From contig CAVRBU010000002.1 of assembly GCA_963719315.1 (NCBI GenBank), positions 32,001-96,000 on the forward strand: 64,000 nucleotides of DNA, written 5' to 3'. The position numbers and the translations under genes are program-made. Below are positions 31,516 through 40,983 of this stretch, in pieces; positions within the stretch are counted from its first letter, which is position 1, and each line of letters opens with the position of its first letter. The notes below the pieces were generated by a model. The model was not told the DNA's origin. It worked only from the letters and a program-made list of their open reading frames with translations, and ran no database searches. The DNA is from an uncultured Planctomycetota bacterium (lineage in GTDB: Bacteria > Planctomycetota > Planctomycetia > Pirellulales > Lacipirellulaceae).

Positions 31516-33513
31516 TTACTTTGAAATTAGATTCCCAGAATCGACAGGCCCGGCCGGTGTCACTCGTTGAAGAGTGGGTCGAACATCGATATTTCGAGGG
31601 TAGTTCGACGGATGCGCCCGGTGACTAACCAATTGACCGAACTCCGACGGCGACGGCTGCTCGGCCGGCGGCAAGAACTGTTGGATCAACAGGCGGATCT
31701 GTACTTGCGCGTCCGCCAAAGTCGCAACCACTGTTGCGCCACAACCGATGCGCTCACGTGCCTTGTCCAGGTCGCCTTGCAAGTCCCACAATCCCACAAC
31801 CAGCTTCACTTTTGGAAATCGACGCCGAAGCTGCTTGCACAGGTAACGAGCGTGCATCATGGCACCGGGAGGGGTGGCGGAAACGCAAATCACATCGGCC
31901 TTGCGGCGCTCCACAAGATCAACCATCGCGCTGGCCAGAGACGTAATCGAGACTGCCTGCACAACGCAGCTTCCGGTCTCCACTACTTGCGCGAGCATTA
32001 TGGCAGCAATTTCATCCGCCTCACTGCGAGCGGGCAGGGAGAGAATACAAATGCTCGGCGAGTTGGTCGAATCAACCAGGCCGGAATCCTCGTTTGCCTC
32101 TTGAGTGTTCTCCGAAATCTCTTGTGCCTGCAATTCCTGTTGGCGCTCAATGCGGTCTTGAATCATCTCCTTCAGGCTTTCCATGATGAACTTGTGCTTT
32201 CCATCGTTGAACTCGCCGCGATGCCAATGCGTTTCGGCCAGGGCCAATGCGGGCATGAGCACCGTGTCATAGACTTCGACCAGCGGGCTGTGCTCCAGCA
32301 AATCCTCCAGTAATTCGTCTGCCTCCTCTTGATCTCCGGCCACGAGTCGCTGATAGATGCGTTTCTTAGGCTCGAAAACTGGCTCATTGCCCAACAACAC
32401 GTTCAGGAAAGATAATTGCGGAACGTGCTTACCGATCACCAACAGGCACACCGTCAACGGCGTCGCGAGCAGCAACCCTACAGGTCCCCACAACCACAGC
32501 CAAAAGACGGCGGCCACCAGGATCGCCACCGCCGAGACGCCAGTGTGCTTTCCGTAAAGCCATGGTTCCAGGATGTTGTAGTTGAACAGCTCCAGCACGA
32601 CGAACAGCCCGGCGGTGAGCAGAGGCGACACCCAACCCGTCGAGATAGCCATGGATAGGGCCATTGGCATCGCGGCGGCAATCCACGGGCCAACGTAGGG
32701 AATAAACCTGAGGGCCGCGGCTAGTATTCCCCATAAGGGGGCACTGGGTACACCGATCAGGTACAGCCCGATTCCGACGGAAATGCCAAAGGTCACGTTA
32801 ACGAGAAACAGCATTGAAAGATAGCGACGGACCCGCGCGTTGGCGTCTTCCAGCATTTGCGTGGTCACGGTCACGTGACCCTTTCCTACCAGGTGGATGA
32901 ATCGATCGCGCAAATCCTCACTTCGAATAAGGAAGAACACGACGAGCACGATGACGATGCCAATTGTGCCCAAGGTCTCGAGTAATGTGCCAAACATGCC
33001 GGCGAACACTTGAAGTGGGCTCATTGGCGAGGAAAGTACACGGACCGAAAAGGGCAATTCGGAGGTCCCTTTTGGCCCGGCGGTCTGCTCTGGACGCAAG
33101 AGATCCTTGCCAACTTCCGGTACGTTTTTTGTTAGCTTGCTCAGCGCGGCGGCTGCATATTCGTTCACCGAGCTGAGCTTAGCCTGGATATTGTTCTGGT
33201 ACTCGGGGATCTTGGGGGCCAAATGGGTCATTTGAACGACCGCGATCCAGGCCACGATCCCCAACATCGAGAAGCCCAGGATGGCCGTCATCAGCACAGC
33301 CGGGACACGACCCAACCTCCGACGCTCAAGCCAATCACAAACCGGCATCAGCAGGAAGCTCAGCAGTACAGCGAGCGTCAATGGAACCAGCAGACTCTTC
33401 GCCATATAAAGAGCCGCAATGACGATGGCGGTCGACGCCAGTGTCGACATCCAAGAGGGTTTGGTAAATCGGCCCAATTGTGCCATGCGGTTGTCCTCGA
33501 CTAATTCGGTCAT
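31516..33513 (-). CDS. AI-2E family transporter with C-terminal cytoplasmic cap/Rossmann-like domains
   Basis: LRFIPYVGP, EPWLYG..GVS, WGPVGLLLATPLT; C-terminal YQRLVAGD..YDTVLMPAL..ADEIAAIMLAQ. Confidence 0.9.
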   Translation of the reverse strand: MTELVEDNRMAQLGRFTKPSWMSTLASTAIVIAALYMAKSLLVPLTLAVLLSFLLMPVCDWLERRRLGRVPAVLMTAILGFSMLGIVAWIAVVQMTHLAPKIPEYQNNIQAKLSSVNEYAAAALSKLTKNVPEVGKDLLRPEQTAGPKGTSELPFSVRVLSSPMSPLQVFAGMFGTLLETLGTIGIVIVLVVFFLIRSEDLRDRFIHLVGKGHVTVTTQMLEDANARVRRYLSMLFLVNVTFGISVGIGLYLIGVPSAPLWGILAAALRFIPYVGPWIAAAMPMALSMAISTGWVSPLLTAGLFVVLELFNYNILEPWLYGKHTGVSAVAILVAAVFWLWLWGPVGLLLATPLTVCLLVIGKHVPQLSFLNVLLGNEPVFEPKKRIYQRLVAGDQEEADELLEDLLEHSPLVEVYDTVLMPALALAETHWHRGEFNDGKHKFIMESLKEMIQDRIERQQELQAQEISENTQEANEDSGLVDSTNSPSICILSLPARSEADEIAAIMLAQVVETGSCVVQAVSITSLASAMVDLVERRKADVICVSATPPGAMMHARYLCKQLRRRFPKVKLVVGLWDLQGDLDKARERIGCGATVVATLADAQVQIRLLIQQFLPPAEQPSPSEFGQLVSHRAHPSNYPRNIDVRPTLQRVTPAGPVDSGNLISK

Positions 33514-33531
33514 TTGGCCGTACCTGCCTCC

Positions 33532-33798
33532 TCAGCGACGCATCCAAAAGCGACCGAACAGCAAGCCGATCCCTGCCGCGATCAATAAGGATTTGACGGG
33601 CCGCTCCCGTACGTATTGCTCGAAGTTGCATAGTACGCCGTGGACATTGTCTCGCCCCTGTTCATAGATTTCGGTGGCATTCTCGCGCACTTGCCCGAGC
33701 TTCTCCTGGGCTGCATCCCTGACGGTGTCACCCATTTCCCTAAGGTCTTTGGATACTTCTTTCGCCTGCGCACCAAGCCGATCACTCGTCGTCGACAT
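33532..33798 (-). CDS. DUF883 / ElaB-YqjD family protein
   Basis: YVRERPVKSLLIAAGIGLLFG C-terminal TM. Confidence 0.88.
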   Translation of the reverse strand: MSTTSDRLGAQAKEVSKDLREMGDTVRDAAQEKLGQVRENATEIYEQGRDNVHGVLCNFEQYVRERPVKSLLIAAGIGLLFGRFWMRR

Positions 33799-33848
33799 AT
33801 GTGTTCCTTTCAATGAACGTATGTAATCCCATTCCCTCTAGTCCATTC

Positions 33849-34082
33849 TCATTGCGAGGCTGTTTCGTCCGGAAGCCGCCGTTTCGCACTGGAAACGATG
33901 TGTCCCGCGGTTAATACCCCGATCGCAAAGCCGATGATCAACGTTCCGAACAACAGGGCCGCGTTCGGCAACGTCACTGTTAGGAACAGCAGCTTCGTTT
34001 CGACGGCTTGCGTGTTCTGCAAGACCACGACCAATACGAGCAAGGCAAGGACGCCAATCGCGATGAGCTTCAATTTATTCAT
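33849..34082 (-). CDS. LapA / DUF1049 family small membrane protein
   Basis: VVLQNTQAVETKLLF between two TM segments. Confidence 0.8.
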   Translation of the reverse strand: MNKLKLIAIGVLALLVLVVVLQNTQAVETKLLFLTVTLPNAALLFGTLIIGFAIGVLTAGHIVSSAKRRLPDETASQ

Positions 34083-35008
34083 GGTTCCCCTCGCCTTTGT
34101 GTTCTTACGCGTGTGGCGAGGCCCAACCATGCGAGAACGCAAATGAACCAGTAACCCAGGTCGATTTGCCACCACCGCAAGCCGAAGCGGGCCGAGGTCG
34201 GAAAGGCATGATGGTTGTTATGCCATCCCTCGCCAAACCCGAGGGTGCCGAAGACGAAATTGTTTCGGCTTTGGTCGCCGGTCCGGAACGGCTGACGGCC
34301 CCACAGATGACAGATCGAATTGATGCTCCAGGTCACATGATGGACCAAGAAAACCCGCGCCAACCCGCCCCACAGCAGACCGGTCACAACACCCATCCAG
34401 GTTCCCGTGAGCAGACCGCCCAAGGCGGCAGGAATCAACAAGCCAATCGTCGCCCACAATGGGAAGAGCGTGCTGGCCGTGCGCAACACGTTGCTTTGGT
34501 GGAGATCTTTGACGTAGTGCGGCAGGTCCGGCGCGTCGGGCTGGAAGAACCAGCCCATGTGTGAATGCCAGAGGCCGCGCAACAGTCCGCGAAAGCCATC
34601 GCCTTGCTCGTGCGGCGAATGGGGATCTTCATGCGTGTCGCTGTGCTGGTGATGACGCCGATGCACGGCGACCCATTTTAAGAGGGGGCCCTCGATGGCC
34701 ATCGAGCCGAGCACGGCCAATACGAACTGGACCACCCTATTGGTTTCAAAGGCCCGGTGCGTAAACAGTCGGTGGTAGCCGACGGTGATTCCCACGGCCG
34801 TCAGCACATACATTCCTAGCAGCAGGCCGCAATCGACCCAATGGAAACCCCGGCCCCAAAGTGAAATGACGACAGCCACGAAACCGAGAAACGGCAGAAA
34901 AACCACCGTGAGGTTCAGCAAGCGCATGCCCATCGACAACTCCGTCGACGTCTCTGCACGATGCGGCAATGCTGTATCGGATGTTAGAACGTTCATTGAA
35001 TCACTCAC
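34079..35008 (-). CDS. Acyl-CoA fatty acid desaturase
   Basis: GYHRLFTH, HRRHH, DPHSP, GEGWHNNHH. Confidence 0.92.
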   Translation of the reverse strand: MSDSMNVLTSDTALPHRAETSTELSMGMRLLNLTVVFLPFLGFVAVVISLWGRGFHWVDCGLLLGMYVLTAVGITVGYHRLFTHRAFETNRVVQFVLAVLGSMAIEGPLLKWVAVHRRHHQHSDTHEDPHSPHEQGDGFRGLLRGLWHSHMGWFFQPDAPDLPHYVKDLHQSNVLRTASTLFPLWATIGLLIPAALGGLLTGTWMGVVTGLLWGGLARVFLVHHVTWSINSICHLWGRQPFRTGDQSRNNFVFGTLGFGEGWHNNHHAFPTSARFGLRWWQIDLGYWFICVLAWLGLATRVRTQRRGEP

Positions 35009-35031
35009 CCTTACTTCCTAATCATGGCCGA

Positions 35032-35187
35032 TCAAATACGACCCATGAGAAACAGCGCGACGACCACCAGGACAACGAGCCCTAATCCGCCGCTTGGACC
35101 GTAGCCCCAGTTTCGGCTGTGGCCCCACGAGGGGAGCGCCCCCAGCAGCATCAGAATCAAGAGAACGATCAAGATAGTGCCTAACAT
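35032..35187 (-). CDS. DUF3309 family small membrane protein (51 aa)
   Basis: Hand translation MLGTILIVLLILMLLGALPSWGHSRNWGYGPSGGLGLVVLVVVALFLMGRI; AAGGAG RBS. Confidence 0.9.
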   Translation of the reverse strand: MLGTILIVLLILMLLGALPSWGHSRNWGYGPSGGLGLVVLVVVALFLMGRI

Positions 35188-35267
35188 TTCAGCTCTCCTT
35201 CAAGAAAAGTGTTGAACCCAAAGCGTGGTCCTCAGTGTCATTGCATTGGTAACCGGGTTTGAGTTCT

Positions 35268-35531
35268 CTAAAGATCATTTGACTTCACAATGTCGTTTGC
35301 CTGTCCGTCCGCCTTGACGCCATCCTTGGCCCCGCCGGTCAGAGCGGTAGCCTTATCCTTTACCACCTCGACATCCTGTTTTATTTTGTCTGGGTCAGCT
35401 GCGAGATTGATGTTTACCTTGTTGCTTCCCGCGTCAGCGGCCGGACGCGACAAGGTGAACCACCCTCTATAAAAACCCAAGCCAACAACGAGGATCGCAA
35501 TCACGATCAGCACCGCCCCAAGTCTTTTCAT
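35268..35531 (-). CDS. Small membrane-anchored hypothetical protein
   Basis: N-terminal TM, GFYRGWF motif. Confidence 0.75.
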   Translation of the reverse strand: MKRLGAVLIVIAILVVGLGFYRGWFTLSRPAADAGSNKVNINLAADPDKIKQDVEVVKDKATALTGGAKDGVKADGQANDIVKSNDL

Positions 35532-35723
35532 GCTTAACTCTCTTTCGATAACTTACTCGTGCCGCCACACAGAAGCTGAGTCCGCTGCGGATGACCCCGC
35601 GACGAGCATGTTGCTCGTCCTTGAATGTCGCATCCGATCGCGCGAGGTCATCCATGCGGCGGTGACTCTGCCTCTTCATTTGCCTTGATCCGCATCTCGA
35701 ATCGCCGTTAACTAAGCCGACTC

Positions 35724-37331
35724 CTAATCCTTGTCTTTTTTCTTCGATCCACCGCTGGATTGACCCTGCGGTGCATTGTTGGATTGGTTGTTCGAAGCGC
35801 CCTGGGGCTGGCTTGGATTCTTACCCTGGCCTTGCAGTTGACCCTGTGACCCGGAACTGCGCCGCGCCTTTTGATCCTGTTGCTGCGAACCGTCTGTTGT
35901 TCCTCCTTGCTTAAGAAACGGACGCGTTCTCGTTTGCCCACCACGCGTACCGGGCTGCGGTTGGACCTGAGAGTCTGGCTTGAGAACTACGTGTCGTTGC
36001 GGCGGAGCGTCGTTCTTGCCAAGCTGATCAGCGGGCATTGCCGCGAAGGGCGATCGTGTGAAAGTCCTGCGTTCTGGCCCAGTTGCGGTGGCAGGGTCTT
36101 TGCCTGACTTGGGCGCCGCGTTGGCTTCCAACTGTTGCCGTTGTTCAAGGTACTTACGGTACGCTTGCCCGCGCTGGCCAAACTGCTGTTGGTCGTTCTT
36201 GTCCACCGGCTGGAATCGGAACCTACTGTCTTTTTGCCGGGCCAGTTCATCGAGCGAGGTGGCTACCGCGTTGTTTCCCTTGTTGGACTTTTCCAGTTCC
36301 CTTTGCGCCGCCCAGGTATGTGGCGGGCGGGCGTCTTTGTGATCGCGGAATTGGTGGAAATTCGACTCAGTGCGATGCTCCCAATCATGGTCATTGCGAT
36401 GTTGCCAACGCTGGTTGGCGTAGATCGGATCGTAGCCGCGGCGATTGGATTGGTATGAAAACCAGGGTGAGAACCCTGCATTAGAGTAATTAGAGCCGTA
36501 ATAATCACCAAAGTAGTAATGGCCGTATTGCGGCCGCAGGAAAAGATGGCTCGCGAACACGCCCAGGTTAATCACCGCCGAGGGTGTGTAGGAGAAACCG
36601 CGTTGGGTGCGGAGTCCTTGATCAAAGTAGACGGGGGCAAACACCAAACCGCGACGCGGAACCGAATAATCGTAGTAACCGTCGACAAACACGTAGCCGC
36701 TCGGTGTCCACACATAGTGGTCCGGCATCCAATCCCAGTCTTGATTCCCTGCCGCCCAATATCCGGGCCGCCACGCATAGCGATTCTGCTGCCAGAACCA
36801 GCAGCCTGGTAGCCAAGTCTGATCGGGCGAGGGCGCCGCAATGTTCGGTCCTTGTTCAACAGACGCTGGCGGCTCAGGCAAGTACTGGATTTCGGTCGCG
36901 TTGGCATCGGCCCAGTAGCCGGACGTCCATTGAGCGCCTCCTCGGGACTGACCCCAATAGCCGGGCACCCATTGGCGGCCCGGTGGCAGGGCGCGCCAGA
37001 TTCCGCTGATCCACAGAAAATCGTTTCGCTCGTCATCCCAGCCCCAGTAACCGGGAATCCAGGATAGGTTTTTCCCCTCGGGCCGTTGTAGAGGCGGCAC
37101 TTCTTCAATGGCGGCCGGCGGCGCTTTCGGCGTCACGATGCCCGGCTGCGGATCGAAAGTGATGGTTTCCGCAAACGCTTCATGCACCGGCCCGCGCGTG
37201 AGAACTTCCACGCCGTCCTGTCCGGCGGCCGACACCGGTTGAGCGGCCACCAGTTGGTTCGATCCGATTGAAGTGCCGAAGACCGCCATTGCGGTAAGTG
37301 TGCACCAGTGAGTAACTCGACGTATGTTCAT
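35724..37331 (-). CDS. Secreted WXXGXW (YXWGXW)-repeat protein
   Basis: Signal peptide, RGPVHEAFA, repeats WIPGYW/WISGIW/WVPGYW/WTSGYW/WLPGCW/WRPGYW. Confidence 0.85.
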   Translation of the reverse strand: MNIRRVTHWCTLTAMAVFGTSIGSNQLVAAQPVSAAGQDGVEVLTRGPVHEAFAETITFDPQPGIVTPKAPPAAIEEVPPLQRPEGKNLSWIPGYWGWDDERNDFLWISGIWRALPPGRQWVPGYWGQSRGGAQWTSGYWADANATEIQYLPEPPASVEQGPNIAAPSPDQTWLPGCWFWQQNRYAWRPGYWAAGNQDWDWMPDHYVWTPSGYVFVDGYYDYSVPRRGLVFAPVYFDQGLRTQRGFSYTPSAVINLGVFASHLFLRPQYGHYYFGDYYGSNYSNAGFSPWFSYQSNRRGYDPIYANQRWQHRNDHDWEHRTESNFHQFRDHKDARPPHTWAAQRELEKSNKGNNAVATSLDELARQKDSRFRFQPVDKNDQQQFGQRGQAYRKYLEQRQQLEANAAPKSGKDPATATGPERRTFTRSPFAAMPADQLGKNDAPPQRHVVLKPDSQVQPQPGTRGGQTRTRPFLKQGGTTDGSQQQDQKARRSSGSQGQLQGQGKNPSQPQGASNNQSNNAPQGQSSGGSKKKDKD

Positions 37332-37404
37332 AATCTCTGTCCTTTGTTTAGGCGATGCATTTAGTTGCCGAATTCGCATCGCTGCTGATTCTGAGTTTAT
37401 TTAC

Positions 37405-37623
37405 TCACTTTGTGGGCGTTGCGGGGAGTTCCGACGCTTCTGGCATGACCGGCACAGTGTCCGCGGCCGTTTTCTGTCTTTCCAACTCCTGGCTGGCGCT
37501 GGCCTTATTGCTCTCCGGCGTGTCACCACTCGGGCGCGACCAGTCGAGCCAACCTTGGCTATACGCATAACCTGCCGCGCACAACAAAACCACAACCACA
37601 AACGTGATTGAAGTTCTGTTCAT
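37405..37623 (-). CDS. Small membrane-anchored hypothetical protein, paralogue of 35268-35531
   Basis: TM followed by GWLDWSRP..SNK. Confidence 0.65.
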   Translation of the reverse strand: MNRTSITFVVVVLLCAAGYAYSQGWLDWSRPSGDTPESNKASASQELERQKTAADTVPVMPEASELPATPTK

Positions 37624-37759
37624 GGGACGCTGCTCTTGAGTTGCCATTTGTCACCTCTGTTGGGTTAAGGTTTTGTAATCGGAATAATTCGCTTTGGCGG
37701 CTCTAGCTATCAGACCGTTCATGGTTGCGCCGAAAATGTTCTCGTTCAATCTTTGACAC

Positions 37760-38006
37760 TCAGTCGATGTACGGCACCCGGTACTTTGGCTTCTCGACAG
37801 GTTCCTTGGGCTTGATTGCCTGCTTTTCCGCGCGGACACGCTCCCACACTTCCTCGCGATGGATGGCCACATCGTTGTCCGCCTGGAAACCCAATTTCAC
37901 CCGGCCACCACAGACGTTCGATCACCGTCACGCGAACCAGCTCCTGCGAAGCGTCATCCGCCGTGATCACGACCGATTCACGACTCTTCCTTGCGAGAAC
38001 TAACAT
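37760..38006 (-). pseudogene. csrA: CsrA with one extra base near 37918 (possible sequencing error)
   Basis: MLVLARKSRESVVI..VRVTVI then, in the shifted frame, VCGGRVKLGFQADNDVAIHREEVWER. Confidence 0.8.
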
Positions 38007-38181
38007 TGGGAACTCCATTTTGTTCGCGTGCCGTCGTTGCCACGCAACGTGCGGCACGCACTAATACACTGCAGCGAAGTCGCTGCAAGCTGTGCCAAAA
38101 GTCATACGCTTGCTCAATCGCCTGACGTGCGCCGATTCCAAACCGAGCAGTGTTTGCATATGTGCTGGCGGTACCGGTTTA

Positions 38182-39101
38182 GGACCTATCCCAAAATTCC
38201 ACATCGCCTTAAGGCGATGAGGGCGAATTGTAGATGAACGAACCCAAGATAGTTAGCCGCCTTCTTTTCCCAACGGATCAGGAGCCTGCGGGCGCGGTTG
38301 GTCCAAGAATGCGCGGCTTCGACAACCCAGCGTCGAGCTTTGTGGCCGGCGCGACAGCGACGCTGCTCCTCGCCACGGCAGCGGATGTGAGGCACGTACC
38401 CGAAACGATTCGCCGTAGCTGTCGACGGTTCGCCAAAGTATCCCTTGTCGAGACACAGGTGCTGCTTGCGCCGACGGCTGGGTCGTCGAATCGGGATGGA
38501 GCGAAGCGTGTCGCGCAGAAGACGTTGGTCGTGAGCATTGGCGCCGTCAATCGCGACGCCCAGAGGAACGCCGCGGGCGTCGGTCAAGACCGATCGCTTG
38601 ACTCCGAGCTTACCTCGATCGGTGGGGTTTTTCCCGGTTTTTTTCCCCTCCCAGCGGCGACTTAGTTGTCGCGCCGTCCACCGACTGCCAGCGCCAAGCG
38701 ATGCCGCGCTTCTGATCGTACTTCCCCAGCGCCCGTTTCCAAAACCGTTGCCAAATACCCAGGCGAGTCCACTCTTGGAAATAGCGATGAACGGTACTGG
38801 GGCTGCCAAATTGTGGCGGCAGCGCCTTCCACTGGCAGCCGGTGCGCAACAGATAAAGAATGCCGCTGGCAACGGTGCGCAGATTCGCGCGGGGTCGCCC
38901 AACCTTCGTGGATCGCGGATACTTCGGCAGCAAGGGTTCAAGCTGCCGCCAAAGCTTTTCGGGCATCCAAGCAAATTTGCCCTGCCAATCGCAGTGCATG
39001 TACACCTCCGTGCAAGCAAAGACGAGATTCGAACGGAAACCATTCCTCACCTTTTCCTACGCACGGAAATAACACCCGTTCACGTATTTTGGGATAGGTC
39101 C
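38182..39101 (-). mobile_element. IS5-family element, 920 bp
   Basis: 16-bp TIRs GGACCTATCCCAAAAT / ATTTTGGGATAGGTCC; TTA duplicated at 38179-38181 and 39102-39104. Confidence 0.93.
38186..39050 (-). CDS. IS5 transposase in two ORFs joined by a probable programmed frameshift at A7 (38638-38644)
   Basis: orfA LRTGCQWKALP..VDGATTK; orfB KTGKNPTDRGK..LDKGY..RWVVE. Confidence 0.88.
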
Positions 39102-39568
39102 TTAATCAAAAACAAGTCTACGCCGGCTTCATAGCACTTGTCCCGATGCGGTGCATCGGTGCGCCCCGTGATCGCGATGATGAAGCACGGCTGCAAGCGG
39201 CGCTGCCGTCGAACTTGCTTCGCCACTTCAAAACCACTCACGTCAGGCATCAACATGTCGAGCAGCAGTACATCCGGTCGATACGCAGCGGCCAGCGCCA
39301 ATCCCGTAACACCGTCGTATGCGCGTCGAACATCGTGTCCCCATTTCGCAACCAGCATCGACAACGTATCGGCAGAAGCGCGATGGTCGTCGACAATGAG
39401 CACGCGAAGCAGGTGATCATCGACATTCTCATGTGGGGTAAAGTCAAGCGGTTTTCTCGCGAAATCAGCCTCGAACGCTCCACGAAATCGTCTAAATGCC
39501 TTCGCTGGCGTGATCTCACGAATCAGACGTTCCCTCGTCATTAAAGCATTCATTTGCAATTTCCAGGG

Positions 39569-39985
39569 TTATGCCGCGTCAACGTCCTTATCGGCGAGCG
39601 CCTCCGCCGGCAACCGACCTTCCAACGAATACACCTGCACGACGTTGCCGCTCGTGAAGGCATGCACGACAGTTCCGGTCGCCGGTTCGACTTCGGCAGC
39701 CGACTCACATACCTCTCGGCCGGTGATTCGCTTGATCTCGTTTCGTAGCGAGTCAGCCGAGGCGAGAAACAACTGACGATGAAACTCTTGCACTTGGACG
39801 GCGCCATCCGGACACAGCGCCAGTGCTTTTTCCGCCGGCGTCAACGCGTCGAGCAGCGTGATTACGAGCGTGTCTTCGTTCAAAACCACGGTCGCCGAAG
39901 CGGGCGCGTGGCCTGTCCGTTCCGTTTGGTAAGCGATCGCCATTTGGGCAATCTGCCGTGCCATCTCTGATTCGATAACATTCAT
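39569..39985 (-). CDS. DUF2294 (MpsC-like) protein
   Basis: TGHAP..V..LVITL..ALTPAEK..I..ITGREV. Confidence 0.8.
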   Translation of the reverse strand: MNVIESEMARQIAQMAIAYQTERTGHAPASATVVLNEDTLVITLLDALTPAEKALALCPDGAVQVQEFHRQLFLASADSLRNEIKRITGREVCESAAEVEPATGTVVHAFTSGNVVQVYSLEGRLPAEALADKDVDAA

Positions 39986-40063
39986 GGTGTCATCCCTGGT
40001 GACAACCGCGACGGCGTGCAGCCGTTCGCGTAGGATGCCAAATTGGTTCGTTCCGTCGTTGTT

Positions 40064-40570
40064 TTAGTCGTGACCGTTGGCGTGATTGGCACCAACATTG
40101 ATGGTTGCTTCCGCCAATTCAGTGAGCGCCTTATCCACAGCCCCTGCTTCGTCAAGCGTCTTCTGAAGCAAGTCGGCTGCGTCGTTGTGGCCAAGCAGTC
40201 GCGCGTACGTCCGCACGCACCCGTACCCAGCCATTTCATAATGTTCGACCCGTTGTGCTGCGCCGATCAGGGCGGCATCCATCACCGCAACCTCAGCGTC
40301 CTCGGCCATCAATTCCTTGCCCTCCGCGAGCAATCCTTCCATCGCCTTGCACTTCTTGCCTTTAGGGCTGCCGCCGATTTTCTTGAAGATCTTCTCCAGG
40401 CGAGTCACGTGCCCCCTCGTCTGCTTCAGATGGCTTTCGAAGGCCTTGCTCAACTTCGGCGAGGAAGCGGCCTTCGCCATTTTCGGTAGCGCCTTCAGGA
40501 GCTGGTTCTCGGCACTGTAAAGGTCCTTTAGCTCGTCTACGTACAGGTCTTCCAACGAATCAAGTTTCAT
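40064..40570 (-). CDS. Ferritin-like DUF892 (YciF/YciE) protein
   Basis: ELKDLYSAENQ, HLKQT, CKAMEGL, AQRVEHYEMAGYG. Confidence 0.92.
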   Translation of the reverse strand: MKLDSLEDLYVDELKDLYSAENQLLKALPKMAKAASSPKLSKAFESHLKQTRGHVTRLEKIFKKIGGSPKGKKCKAMEGLLAEGKELMAEDAEVAVMDAALIGAAQRVEHYEMAGYGCVRTYARLLGHNDAADLLQKTLDEAGAVDKALTELAEATINVGANHANGHD

Positions 40571-40635
40571 GTGTCTTTCCTTGTCAGCAGGCAAATCAGA
40601 TACGGCGGCGATCCGGTCGCGCGCAACAAAAGCGC

Positions 40636-40740
40636 AAAAAAAACCGACGTGGCGGAACGCCCGAAGGCATTCCACCACGTCGGCTTACTCGTTAACGAGC
40701 CTCCCGACCTGGCCGGGTTGCTCTTTAGTTAGTCGTCCGA
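40636..40740 (-). ncRNA. Candidate cis-regulatory leader RNA, copy B
   Basis: Homologue of 29637-29740; terminator stem + T8 upstream of DUF892. Confidence 0.75.
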
Positions 40741-40983
40741 AAACTTCTCGTCAGATTCTCATCTGCCGCCTGCGGAAGTCTAACGCGGGCTGCAATTCAT
40801 CTAGCTTCTTCCACAAGTATAGGGCATTATCGACGGAATACAATGGCATTCGGCATTCAGACGGCCTCTGTTACGGTAGAATTGAAGTTGCTTAGGCACC
40901 GATTTGCTGTGTTTTGTCGCCCTTTCTGGGAGTCTGCCAGCACCAAAAATAGACTTGGAATTCGTGTAAGTTGCGAGCAGCGT

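Larger units (their letters stand above)
38061..39559 (-). pseudogene. Single-domain response regulator interrupted by IS5
   Basis: VLIVDD, LLLDMLMP, AITG, FLIK; rejoining across the TTA duplication gives FLIKPVPPAHMQTLL. Confidence 0.85.

Noticed and set aside
38084..38098. Sigma54-like promoter TTGGCACAGCTTGCA (and TGGCAC sites near 270 and 388)
   Set aside because: GG-to-GC spacing does not fit the -24/-12 rule; the 38084 site also lies in the displaced 3' end of the response regulator.
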